Origin: Candidatus Sumerlaeia bacterium
GTDB lineage: Bacteria; Sumerlaeota; Sumerlaeia; SLMS01; JANRJK01
Assembly (NCBI GenBank): GCA_033764015.1
Contig: JANRJK010000013.1
Span: forward strand, 224,001 to 288,000
DNA length: 64,000 bases
Direction of reading: 5' to 3'
The notes below the pieces were generated by a model. It worked only from the letters and a program-made list of their open reading frames with translations. It was not told the origin of the DNA and did not search any database. This document shows positions 38,701-47,482 of the stretch, piece by piece. Numbering within the stretch: position 1 is the stretch's first letter; each line of letters begins with the position of its first letter. The position numbers and the translations under genes are program-made.

Positions 38701-40690
38701 CCACCACCGGCTCCAGCAGCAGCGAGCGCACCATCCCGTGGAGCAGCGCCGGATCGTCCGGCTTCGCCTTGTGGGCGGCGCGGTACACCACGCGGGTCTC
38801 CGCCGAGAAGTCCGCCAGCGCCAGGTAGATCCCCGCGAGCGGCACGGCGACGCCGGCCTCCGACGGATAGCGCCGGAGCAGGTCCTCGTACGCCGCCCGC
38901 GCCTCCGCGAGCTTGCCCTGCGCGCGGAGCTGGGACGCTTTGGCGAAGCGCGAGCGCCGCAGGAAGACGCGTCCGCCCAGCAGAACCACGTAGCCGCCGA
39001 TCGCGAGCCCGCCCGCCAGCCCCAGCACGATACCGAGCAGGTTCTTCCGCAGCACGGTCCTCTGGCGCAGCGAACTGTACTCCGAGTCCCTCGGGTCGAA
39101 GTCGCGCAGCCAGTCCGCCGCCTTGAGCGCACGCTGCCAGTCGCCGGCCTCCGACGCCGCGCGCACCTCCTCCAGCTTCCCGTCGCGCACCTTGCGCAGC
39201 CGCTCGCCCCGCTCCCGCAGCAGCGCCGCCTGCCCGAAGTCCGCCCGCGCGTTGTGCCACATGGAGCCGCCCGAAGTCGCCCAGATCGTGCGGACGGGCC
39301 ACGGGGTGACGGTGCGCACTTCGGACTGCCAGAGCGTCGCATCGCCCCCGGACGTCGCCGCCAGGATGCGCGCCTTCCCGGACTCGCGGTCCGTATAGAC
39401 CGCGAGGGCTCCCATCACGGTCTCGTTCCCGAGCGAGCCCTCCTCGAGTTTCAGGAGCGTGGCGCCGTCGCGGGTGTACCACTCGCCGAAATTGTTCGTT
39501 ACCGTGACTGTTTGTCCAACGCCCAGCGCCAGTTCCGGGAGCGAGTCCTGCCCCGCGCCGCCCGGACGGGCCAGCAGCGCGATTTCGCCGTTCTTCGGGC
39601 TCAGGACCTGCTCGTCCGTCACCGCCAAGTCCGAGAGGTTGCGCGCGTCTTTCACCACGAGGCGGTTGCGCCCGGGGATCACCAGCAGCAACGGGGACGA
39701 CGACCCCGTCGGAAGCGCCAGCATCGGTCCGTGGATCGGAACCGCGTTGATGGGCTCCGTGTGCAGTTCCTCGATCCGCCTCGGGTTCGCCGGATTGTAC
39801 GCGGCGACCACCGTCTCGCCCTCGTCGAACGCCACCACCATCTCGTCCAAACCGTTCGCGGTCATGTCCGCGAGCAATGGCGAGCCGATGATGCGCTTGC
39901 GCTCCTTCACATTGATGTTTTCCCGCTTCCCGGTGAACGGGTCGGCGATGATCAGCAGGCCGGAACGGGAGGAGGCGACGAGGTCGGGCTTGTCCTTGAA
40001 GCGGGGGAAACCCATCACCGCCGGACCGGAGAACTGCGTGTTGCAGTCCTCCTTCCACACGACCTCGACTTTGAAGGGCGTTTCGGCGTCCTCCGCCGCC
40101 TCCACCAGACGGAGCGCGTGCAGCGTTCCGCGGCTGTCGGCGATCACGCACAGGTCGAGGTCCGCGGAAAGCGGGTCGAACCGCTCCACCACTTTCCCCA
40201 GCAACTCCGCCCGGACCGGTGCCGCGGTCGGCTGTTCGTTGAACTCGACGCCTTCTACGACGTACTGGGCCAGCAGCCGCGACGATGTCCCTTCGATGAA
40301 GAGCACCGTCCCGCTGCTGGTGCCCACGGCGAGATCGATGCGGTCGCGGCCGGCGAAGTCGCCCGCGCCCGGCGGCGAAAGCGGCACGTCGCCCGGCACG
40401 GAAAGCGCCCCGAGGACCTCCAGCGTCGCCCCGTCCAGGACCCGCAACTGGCCCTTGGCGTCCGTCACCACCGCCTCCGGAGTGTCGTCGCCCACCAGGT
40501 CGACTGCGAGGATGCCGTTGGGGTTCGTCAGATCCAGCTCGCGGAGGTGCAGCCGGCGCAGCGCCGTCTTCTCCGAACGCTGGGCCAACGCCACGGCAGG
40601 GATCAGCAGCGCGGCCGCGGCGGCGGCGGCCCCCGCCCGCGCAAAGTTCCGGTGGAGCGCTCGGCTCGTCATCGGCGACTCGGTCCCCAT
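35738..40690 (-). CDS. Receptor-like Hanks-type Ser/Thr kinase: signal peptide, FG-GAP-like propeller, TM, TPR array, C-terminal kinase
   Basis: FG-GAP-like 'DLVGDDTPE', 'GDFAGRDRIDLAVG', 'ADMTANGLDEMV'; TM 'LLGIVLGLAGGLAIGGYVVLL'; many TPR-like units; intact 'GRGAMGIVY', 'VALK', 'HRDIKPAN', 'DFG', 'GTPLYMSPEQ'. Confidence 0.9.
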   Translation of the reverse strand: MGTESPMTSRALHRNFARAGAAAAAAALLIPAVALAQRSEKTALRRLHLRELDLTNPNGILAVDLVGDDTPEAVVTDAKGQLRVLDGATLEVLGALSVPGDVPLSPPGAGDFAGRDRIDLAVGTSSGTVLFIEGTSSRLLAQYVVEGVEFNEQPTAAPVRAELLGKVVERFDPLSADLDLCVIADSRGTLHALRLVEAAEDAETPFKVEVVWKEDCNTQFSGPAVMGFPRFKDKPDLVASSRSGLLIIADPFTGKRENINVKERKRIIGSPLLADMTANGLDEMVVAFDEGETVVAAYNPANPRRIEELHTEPINAVPIHGPMLALPTGSSSPLLLVIPGRNRLVVKDARNLSDLAVTDEQVLSPKNGEIALLARPGGAGQDSLPELALGVGQTVTVTNNFGEWYTRDGATLLKLEEGSLGNETVMGALAVYTDRESGKARILAATSGGDATLWQSEVRTVTPWPVRTIWATSGGSMWHNARADFGQAALLRERGERLRKVRDGKLEEVRAASEAGDWQRALKAADWLRDFDPRDSEYSSLRQRTVLRKNLLGIVLGLAGGLAIGGYVVLLGGRVFLRRSRFAKASQLRAQGKLAEARAAYEDLLRRYPSEAGVAVPLAGIYLALADFSAETRVVYRAAHKAKPDDPALLHGMVRSLLLEPVVDADAEAAYARALETFPEPELLEYGLGMCAMAKKDYEGAAKRLRAALRNGLATDRVYAALCDVYLATNNTSAKAHPVYQHEFARRSDDQRFLEAYLESCIDARATDGEIESLCYQVLDGNPAFSPAYCHLCAIKLQKNEIGPAIDEVRNALKHNPDDPSAVALLAHCFLLGGRRDDEAVQAFKRALKQQPGDRELLRTLTEILHDRGVYDAEAVEIYTRSHAENPDDPATLRAVAQTAVLKSDHALSVRALEALAQQGQMNPKLTRQLALSYVRLGSAEPRAERALREGLRLDPNNTEILGALSKVLMAQDRSDSEALPVYESLLAADPSDSKVGRQMARGLLAQSRHDEALALLQRLLAAAPGDDELKRLQAQASLHGNRIDEAIGEYERILRANPKDQDALANLASAYAQKRRSDDEALALYERAIPGASRPLPLHLAAARCHAKKDDQLRAIEAYQRALQCGEGADSAVLAHAREVLHDQPGALRLRWLVVEILIATNRLREAMEELLVIFDGNPGQAKNVLSALDKVLSKDPNNILALTQKGRMLTSSGESKLARRTLEKAYQLQPTNAEVQKSLTTAYEALLKEKDDHEVRFNLGRTFYQMGEFDKAIGSFQRTAQDYRWEAESAKALGKCFTAKGMLDLALQEYKKLVVDEETKELLYDLAQRYEAKKDLVGAKQVYRQLFAADINYKDVQRRFELLSGSTSDPAAFERTSIVQEMSEEAARRYELLDELGRGAMGIVYRARDKELEEVVALKILPDGLSNNPEAVRRFKIEARNARKLSHPYIVRIHDIGEEMGRKYISMEYVDGSDLKKRAKTGDKLTVKEILHYSEQIADALAYAHRLGIVHRDIKPANIMLTSGNDVKITDFGIAKLMDQTTDGTMVGAVIGTPLYMSPEQVQGIPVDNRADIYSFGIMLYEFVNGRPPFTEGDLTYQHIHREPDPIQGCDPRLWQVIAKCLAKKKEDRWQRAEDLTAAIRELRRAMA

Positions 40691-40884
40691 CTTCTGGCGA
40701 ATCCTGATCAGCTCAACTTATCGGCCAAAGCGTTTCCCCCCGCGCGTCTGTCGTCAAGCAGGCATGGCGTCGCGCCCCGCGCCGTCCGCGATCCGAGCGA
40801 CCCGGTTTGACAACCCCTCGCGTCGTAAGTTGTATTTTCCCTGAATTCCGTTCAGGCGCCTCTCGGCCCCGGCAGGACCCCCAC

Positions 40885-41832
40885 ATGCTGATGCTTTGCC
40901 ACAAGTGCCAACACCGCTGGGACGAGGACCTGCTCCCCGGCCAGAATGCGGTCGAGTGCCCCAAGTGCAGGACAGTCCTTATCACCGACGACTTCACCGG
41001 CACCGTCGCGTTCGGATCCGTCCTCCCGCAGCCGAAGAGCGTCAGCCGCGAGGAGATCCTGAAGGTCATCACCACCCCCGTCCCAGCGAAGCGCCTCGAA
41101 AAGGCTCCCGAGACCTCCGGCAAGCCTTCCGCCGCGCCCCGCCGGCCCGACCCGCGACTCAAGGCGCAGCGCTCCCAGCCCGCGTCCAAGCACGACGTCG
41201 CCCCGCGCACCGAGCCCCCCCGCGGCTCCCGCAGGTCGGCCCAACGCCCCGACCCCGTCCCCGACACCCACAGCACGGCGACTCCGTTCCACCTCCGGTC
41301 TCCGCTTTCCAACATGGAAACCCGGGTCCACTACCCGGAGAAGACCCGCCTCGAACAGATTTCGCCAATCATTGTCGGGCGCCCCAAGGTCGGGGCCGAC
41401 CCCGGCGCCGCCGACACCCGGGAAGGGGCGCCGTCCCTTTCGCCCATCACCGCCTTCATGCCGGAGGAGACCCCGCTCGACTTGTCCGCGATGAAGACCA
41501 CGATCGAGCGCCGCGAAACGCCCAAGTCGAAGAAGAACAACCCGGTGGACGAGGCGATCCTCGACCTCTCGGACATGAAGACGACGATCGAGCCGCGCCC
41601 GGCCGCCGACAGACCCCCCCCGCTTCGTAGCCTCCTCGACGAACTCACGCCGCTCGAACCCGGTCGGTCCGCCGAAAAGTCAACCAGCACAGCCCCGCCC
41701 GCGCGCCAAGGCGGCCTCTCCTCCCACGCGCTCCGAACGCTGGTCCTGGAAGGTCCGCCCCCGGGCATGATCGAGTCGCTCCTCGAGAATGTCGGGCCCG
41801 ACTCCCCCAATCCCAAGTCCCGCCGGAAGTAG
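40885..41832 (+). CDS. Zn-ribbon protein with long Pro/Ser/Thr-rich disordered region and internal repeats
   Basis: CHKC...CPKC at the N-terminus; AGGA upstream; repeated LDLSxMKTTIE. Confidence 0.7.
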   Translation: MLMLCHKCQHRWDEDLLPGQNAVECPKCRTVLITDDFTGTVAFGSVLPQPKSVSREEILKVITTPVPAKRLEKAPETSGKPSAAPRRPDPRLKAQRSQPASKHDVAPRTEPPRGSRRSAQRPDPVPDTHSTATPFHLRSPLSNMETRVHYPEKTRLEQISPIIVGRPKVGADPGAADTREGAPSLSPITAFMPEETPLDLSAMKTTIERRETPKSKKNNPVDEAILDLSDMKTTIEPRPAADRPPPLRSLLDELTPLEPGRSAEKSTSTAPPARQGGLSSHALRTLVLEGPPPGMIESLLENVGPDSPNPKSRRK

Positions 41833-41848
41833 CCCCGGACCCCCGTCA

Positions 41849-44800
41849 GTGCCTGGATCGCCGGTGACGGCGCCAACCCCGGACCCGGGGGACCTCCCCG
41901 GCTGGGCCCCTCTGGACCCTGAGCAGTCCTGCGTGCCGCCGGAGCGCCAGCGCAACGCTCCGGCCACGCCGGCCAGCCGCGACTGGACGCATGCCGCCTC
42001 CCCGTGGACCGTCCTCGTGGACAGGCCCTCGTCGGCGCAGTTGGAGCCCACGGTCCCCGGCAGCCCCCAGGGGAGCGATCGCCGTATGGCTGGCGAGCCG
42101 CCCTCCACTCCGGTTCCCGGCGCGTACCGTCTTCGCCGCCGCATCGGCGAAGGCGGCTGCGGCGAGGTCTGGGAGGCTGAGCAGCACGCGCTCTCCCGCC
42201 GGGTCGCCGTCAAACGCATCCGCGCCGACCTCTACGAGCGGATGAAGGAAGACCCCGCGCTCCGGCTGTGGCGCGAAACGGAGTTCCGCCAGGAAGCGCT
42301 CACGACAGCGCACCTCGAACACCCCAACATCGTCCCCGTGCACGACCTCGGCATCGACGAGGCCGGGCGCCCCCTCCTCGCGATGAAGCTCGTCCGCGGG
42401 CGCGCCTGGGGCGACCTGATCAGGGCGGACTTCGAGAAGCTCACTGTCGCCGACCGCCTCGAGCGCCACCTCCCCACGCTACTCTCCGTGGCCCAGGCGG
42501 TCGCCTTCGCCCACTCCCGCGGCATCGTCCACCGCGACCTGAAGCCCGCCCAAGTGATGGTGGGCGAGTTCGGCGAAGTCATGGTGATGGACTGGGGCCT
42601 CGCGGTGTACCTTCCCGAGCACGACGCCCGCCCCGAAGAAGTGCGCCCGCGGGAACTGCGCGACGAGCTGCCCACCGCGGAAACGGCGACCAGCCCCGCG
42701 GGGACCTTCGCGTTCATGGCCCCGGAGCAGACCCGCCCCACCGCCGAGGGCATCGGCCCGGCCACCGACGTGTTCCTGCTCGGCGGCACGCTCTACTACC
42801 TGCTCACGGGCACGCCCCCGCATTGGTCCGACGACGCGCGCGCCGTCTTCGCCATGGCCCGCGGAGGCATCGTCCCGCCTCCGCAAACCCGCCGCCCGGA
42901 GCACGACCTCCCGCCCGAGCTCTGCGCCATCTGCATGAAGGCGCTGGCGCAGCAGCCGGCCCAGCGCCACTCCTCGGCGCTCGCCTTCCTCGACGAGGTG
43001 CGCGGCTTCATGACCGGCGCCTCCCGCCGGCGCCAGTCCGAAGCGCTCCACGCGGAGGCCGCGCGCGAGGCCGACTCCGCGCCCGTCGACGAGGCCCGCG
43101 CCCGCGAACTCCTCGCCAAGCTCGCCGAGGCGGTCCGCCTCTGGCCCGACAACCGCCCGGCCCGCGCGCTCGCGGCGCGGCTCCTCGCGCAACGCGTCCG
43201 GCGCCAGATCGAAGGCGGCGACCTGAACGCCGCGGGCCTCCAGCTCGAGGAACTCAGCGCGCAGCCCGAGGCGGACCGCGAGGAGCTATCGCGGCTCGAC
43301 GCCGCGCTCGCGCAGGCTCTCGCCCGGCGCCGCCGCCTCGCCCGCCAGCGCGTCCACTTCGCCACCGCAGCGGCCCTTTGCGCGGCCGCCGCGCTCGGCG
43401 CCGGCTGGCTCGCCTTCCTCCGCACCGCGGAGGCGCGAAACATCGAGGCGCGCGAACGCGCCCGCGTCGAGATCCAGCGCGACCGCGCCGAGGCCGCGCT
43501 CGCGGAGGCCGGACGCGCCCGCGACGCCTCCGCCCGGCTCGTCGCCTTCATGATCGACGACCTGCGCAAGCAGCTCACCACCGTCGACCCGACGCTCGCC
43601 TCCCTCGACGAGGTCGCCAAGCGCGCCGCGGAGCACTACGCCGCCGTCCTCGCCTCCGCCACCGATCCCACCGAGCTGGCCGAGGCGCGCTCCGGTCTCC
43701 TCGGTGTCGCCACGATCTTCACCACGCAGGGCAACAGCGCGCTCGCCGCCGAGCAAATCGCCCGCGTCGTTGAATGGCTCGAAGCGGCGCCACCCCCCGC
43801 GGACGCGGACCGGCTCCGCGAATTGGCCCGCGCCGCGTCGCAGCTCGCGAACGTCCGGCTCGCCATGGGCGACCCCGACGGCGCGTCGCAGGCCGCCGAC
43901 CGCGCCCGCGCCGCCTACCAGGCGCTACCGCGGCAGGCCCTAGATGAGCAGGCAACCCGGAAGGGCTTCGCCGTTTTCAAGGTCATCGACGGCCAGTTGG
44001 CCCGCCACGCCGGCAATTCAAGCGACGCTCTAAGGCTATTCGAGCAAGCCCGCGACGAACTCGCCCCCCTCGCCGACGGGCAGGACGGGGCAGGCGAGGT
44101 TCTGACCGAGCTCCTCGCCGCCCGCCGCTACTGCGGTTCCGCCTACGCCGAGCTCGGCCGCTTCGAAGACGCCCTCGGCGAGTTCCGCGCCGCCGAAGCG
44201 CTTCTTCGCCGCCAACTCGCCGGACCGGAAGGGGATCCGCCCCAGCTCCGCGCCCTCCTTGCCGCCTCGCTCGCCTTCCGCGCCCAGCTCCACCTGCGGC
44301 TTGGCGAGCGCGCCGAGGCCGCCGCCGCCCTCGACGAGCAGCTCTCCATCTCCGAGGAACTCGTCGCTTCAGACCCCACGCAGCTCTTCTGGCTCAACGA
44401 CCTCAAGCTCGCCAGCGTCCTCCGCGGCGACCTCCACACCGCGAACAGCGACACCGCCGCCGCCGAGACCTCGTACCTGCGCTTCCGCGAACTCGCCACC
44501 CAGCTCGCCGACCGGGACCCCAACAACATGACTTGGCGGGCCGACGCCGCGATCGCCCACAACCGACTCGGGGCGCTCTACAAGAACCTCGGCCGTTTCG
44601 ACGACGCGCAGGCGGAGCTCTTCGCCTACCGCGACGGAATCGCCGAACTCCGCGCGCTCGATCCGGGAAACCGCCGCTGGCGCCGCGAGCTCTCCACCGC
44701 CTCCAACTCGCTCGGCATTCTGATGCTCGACCGGCGCCAGTTCGACGAGGCGCTTGCGCACGCCTCGGACGCCCTCGATGCGACGCTCGAACTCCTCGCC

Positions 44801-45493
44801 ATCGAACCCGCCAACACCGATTGGCGCCTCGATGAAGCCGCAATCCGCACCACGATCGCCCGAGCCCTCCACGTCCTGGGGCGCGACGACGAGTCCCGCG
44901 AAAGCTACCGCCTCGCGATCGCCATTTACGAGGCGCAGCACGCAGCCCGCCCGGAAAACCTTCCGCTTCGTCTCGACGTGGCCCAGCGCCTTCGCGAGTC
45001 CGCCGTCGTCGAAGCCTCCGCGTCGCGCTGGATCGAGGCCGCCGACCGCCTCGCGCGGGCGCGCGACCTTGCGGCCGACGAGGCCGGGAACTACGCCTCC
45101 GCCCGCGCAGCGCGCATGGTCGCCGCTTCGCTCGCCGCATGGGTCGCGATGGAACGCGGCGACGGCGATTCGGCCCGCGCGCTCGCCGCCGAGGCCGCGT
45201 CCGACCTCCAAGCGCTCGACGCCGCCCCGGCCTTCGCTTCCGAACGCCTCACCGTCCGCCTTGAGCTGGCCATCCTAGATGGCGGTATCGAAGCCGCCCG
45301 AGACTCGATCGCGGCTTGGGACCCGGAGGTCGCCAACAACCGCGCTTTCATGCTCCGTGCACTGCTCGTGTGCGCGCTCGGCGACGAGGGCTGCCGGGAT
45401 GCGGTGGAACAAGCCCTCCCGATCGCACCGCGCGACCCGCGCTTCCTGCGCCTAGTCGCGGAACGGTTTCCAGACTTGGCGCCTCCGCGATGA
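41849..45493 (+). CDS. Ser/Thr protein kinase with TM and C-terminal TPR-like region; start uncertain (41789-42086)
   Basis: 'IGEGGCGEVW', 'VAVK', 'HPNIVPVHD', 'HRDLKPAQ', 'DWG', 'GTFAFMAPEQ'; TM 'AAALCAAAALGAGWLAFL'. Confidence 0.88.
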   Translation: MPGSPVTAPTPDPGDLPGWAPLDPEQSCVPPERQRNAPATPASRDWTHAASPWTVLVDRPSSAQLEPTVPGSPQGSDRRMAGEPPSTPVPGAYRLRRRIGEGGCGEVWEAEQHALSRRVAVKRIRADLYERMKEDPALRLWRETEFRQEALTTAHLEHPNIVPVHDLGIDEAGRPLLAMKLVRGRAWGDLIRADFEKLTVADRLERHLPTLLSVAQAVAFAHSRGIVHRDLKPAQVMVGEFGEVMVMDWGLAVYLPEHDARPEEVRPRELRDELPTAETATSPAGTFAFMAPEQTRPTAEGIGPATDVFLLGGTLYYLLTGTPPHWSDDARAVFAMARGGIVPPPQTRRPEHDLPPELCAICMKALAQQPAQRHSSALAFLDEVRGFMTGASRRRQSEALHAEAAREADSAPVDEARARELLAKLAEAVRLWPDNRPARALAARLLAQRVRRQIEGGDLNAAGLQLEELSAQPEADREELSRLDAALAQALARRRRLARQRVHFATAAALCAAAALGAGWLAFLRTAEARNIEARERARVEIQRDRAEAALAEAGRARDASARLVAFMIDDLRKQLTTVDPTLASLDEVAKRAAEHYAAVLASATDPTELAEARSGLLGVATIFTTQGNSALAAEQIARVVEWLEAAPPPADADRLRELARAASQLANVRLAMGDPDGASQAADRARAAYQALPRQALDEQATRKGFAVFKVIDGQLARHAGNSSDALRLFEQARDELAPLADGQDGAGEVLTELLAARRYCGSAYAELGRFEDALGEFRAAEALLRRQLAGPEGDPPQLRALLAASLAFRAQLHLRLGERAEAAAALDEQLSISEELVASDPTQLFWLNDLKLASVLRGDLHTANSDTAAAETSYLRFRELATQLADRDPNNMTWRADAAIAHNRLGALYKNLGRFDDAQAELFAYRDGIAELRALDPGNRRWRRELSTASNSLGILMLDRRQFDEALAHASDALDATLELLAIEPANTDWRLDEAAIRTTIARALHVLGRDDESRESYRLAIAIYEAQHAARPENLPLRLDVAQRLRESAVVEASASRWIEAADRLARARDLAADEAGNYASARAARMVAASLAAWVAMERGDGDSARALAAEAASDLQALDAAPAFASERLTVRLELAILDGGIEAARDSIAAWDPEVANNRAFMLRALLVCALGDEGCRDAVEQALPIAPRDPRFLRLVAERFPDLAPPR

Positions 45494-45657
45494 ATGGCCC
45501 GCTCCTTGCCCTTGCTGCGCATGGCTGAGCCCAGAGGGCGCCCGCCCGCGCATCACTGCAACGGCAGGCGCCCAATGGTTCCGCAGCAAAGGCGTTCAAC
45601 ATTGACCGCCCCAGCCCGCGAGGGGAACCTCGACGCATCCGATTAGGAGACGACCTA

Positions 45658-45987
45658 ATGGCAAACGCAGCCGTTGTAATGCTGAGCGACGACAACTTCC
45701 AAGGCGAGGTCCTTCAGTCGCAGAAGCCCGTGCTCGTCGATTTCTGGGCCACTTGGTGCGGGCCCTGCCTTCGCATCGCGCCCATCATCGACGAACTTGC
45801 CAAGGAGTTCGAGGGGAAGGCCGTCGTCGCCAAGCTCGACGTCGACCAGGCCAGCGCCACCGCGAGCGAGTACGGTGTCAGCTCGATCCCCACTCTGATC
45901 GTTTTCAAGGGCGGCCAGGAGGTCGAGCGGATCGTCGGCGCGCTGCCGAAGACCGCCATCGCCAAAGCCGTCAGCAAGCACCTCTGA
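45658..45987 (+). CDS. trxA: Thioredoxin
   Basis: 'VDFWATWCGPC', 'SIPTL'; AGGAG RBS. Confidence 0.95.
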   Translation: MANAAVVMLSDDNFQGEVLQSQKPVLVDFWATWCGPCLRIAPIIDELAKEFEGKAVVAKLDVDQASATASEYGVSSIPTLIVFKGGQEVERIVGALPKTAIAKAVSKHL

Positions 45988-46000
45988 CGCCGCGCCTCCC

Positions 46001-46462
46001 GTGAAGTGTCCCGTCTGCGGGACCCCGGACAGCCGAGTCATCAACTCGCGACCGGCGGCGGGTGACACCAGCATCCGCCGCAGGCGCGAGTGCGTGAACG
46101 CGTCATGCCTCGCGCGCTTCACCACCTTTGAAACCATCGAGCGCGCCCCCCTCTGGGTCATTAAGCGTCGCACCGGCGAGCGGGAGCGCTACGACGCCAA
46201 CAAGCTGCGCTCCGGCGTCGAAAAGGCGCTCGAGAAGCGCGCCGTGCCCGTCGAGGCGATCGACCGCCTCGTCGCCGAAGTCGAGAACGAAGCCCTCTCG
46301 AACGCCGACCGCGAGGTCTCCACGGAAACGCTCGGCATCCTCGTCCTCCGCCGCCTCCGCGCCCTCGACAAGGTCGCCTACCTGCGCTTCCTCAGCGTCT
46401 ACAAACAGTTCTGCGACCTGCAGGACTTCGACACGGAAATCCGGGAACTGATGAAGGACTGA
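46001..46462 (+). CDS. nrdR: Transcriptional repressor NrdR
   Basis: 'KCPVC', 'IRRRREC...C..RFTTFE', ATP-cone, 'VAYLRFLSVY'. Confidence 0.95.
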   Translation: MKCPVCGTPDSRVINSRPAAGDTSIRRRRECVNASCLARFTTFETIERAPLWVIKRRTGERERYDANKLRSGVEKALEKRAVPVEAIDRLVAEVENEALSNADREVSTETLGILVLRRLRALDKVAYLRFLSVYKQFCDLQDFDTEIRELMKD

Positions 46463-46492
46463 CGGAATCCCGCGTCAAGCGCGGCCGCCGCG

Positions 46493-47401
46493 TCAGCGCC
46501 GCCTCGCGTACTCCGCCTCGAGCAGCTCCCTCGGCGGCAACCCATGGTCGTCGCCCTCCTCGCCGATGCGGTAGCCCGCGACAAGCTGGCCGCGGAGCAC
46601 CGCCTCCTCCGGCGTGTGGCTTCCTTGCAGCGCGGCCAGGAACCCCGCCGCGAACGCATCGCCCGCGCCGGTCACGTTCCGCGGCGCGCGCAGCGGCACC
46701 GCCGGGAAGTGGCGCACCACGCGCTCCGAGCGGTCGCCCAGCAGCGCGCCCTCGGCGCCGAGCGTGCACACCGCGAGGCGCACGTCGAAGTCGTCCCACA
46801 GCCGCCGCACCGCCGCCGCCGCGTCGACCCGCAGGTTCTCGCCGCTGAACAGCACGATGTCCGCGGCGTGCAGGAAGCGCGTGTTGTAGGGCTCGTCCAG
46901 CGAGCCGATCGCTTGCACATCCGTGCAGACGCGGACCCCGGCCTCCTTCGCCGCCAACGCCAGATCGTAGGCCCAGTTGATGTTCGAGGCGTGCAGGATT
47001 CCCGCGCCGGGCAACAGCGCTTGGAGGGCGCTGCGCGGATAAGCGGTCTCCTGGGAATCCTTCAGGTCCGTGAACATCGCGCCGCGTCCGGCGGGATCGA
47101 CCGCGATCACGCTGCGGAGCGTGCGCTCCTGCGCGCGCAGCACGCCCGCGCAGCCGAGGCCCGGCGTCGCGCGTAGCTCGCCCTCGAGCATCGCGCCGAA
47201 GCGGTCTCGCCCCAGCATCGTGGCCAGCTCGACCCGCGCGCCGAGGTGCGCCAGCGCCCGCCCAACGTTGTAGCCGACGCCGCCGATCCGGTCGCGCACT
47301 CCGTGGAACACGAAGCGCGACTTGGCGTAGTCCACCGGGAAGCCTTCGACGGCGAGCGAAGTCTCGATGTTGGTGATGCCTGCTACGATGATCGGGCCCA
47401 T
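46493..47401 (-). CDS. PfkB-family carbohydrate kinase
   Basis: 'GGVGYNV', 'TLGAEGA', 'NVTGAGDAFAAGFL'. Confidence 0.85.
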   Translation of the reverse strand: MGPIIVAGITNIETSLAVEGFPVDYAKSRFVFHGVRDRIGGVGYNVGRALAHLGARVELATMLGRDRFGAMLEGELRATPGLGCAGVLRAQERTLRSVIAVDPAGRGAMFTDLKDSQETAYPRSALQALLPGAGILHASNINWAYDLALAAKEAGVRVCTDVQAIGSLDEPYNTRFLHAADIVLFSGENLRVDAAAAVRRLWDDFDVRLAVCTLGAEGALLGDRSERVVRHFPAVPLRAPRNVTGAGDAFAAGFLAALQGSHTPEEAVLRGQLVAGYRIGEEGDDHGLPPRELLEAEYARRR

Positions 47402-47482
47402 GCGGCGGCCCTCCTTCCTGCGATTCTCCTCGCCCGGAGCGGCGCTTCCCGAGCCATCGTCACCGATCAACGAGGTGCCCCC

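Noticed and set aside
40807..40840. Perfect TTGACA hexamers at 40807 and 3177
   Set aside because: No convincing -10 element at 16-18 bp spacing, so they are not called as promoters.
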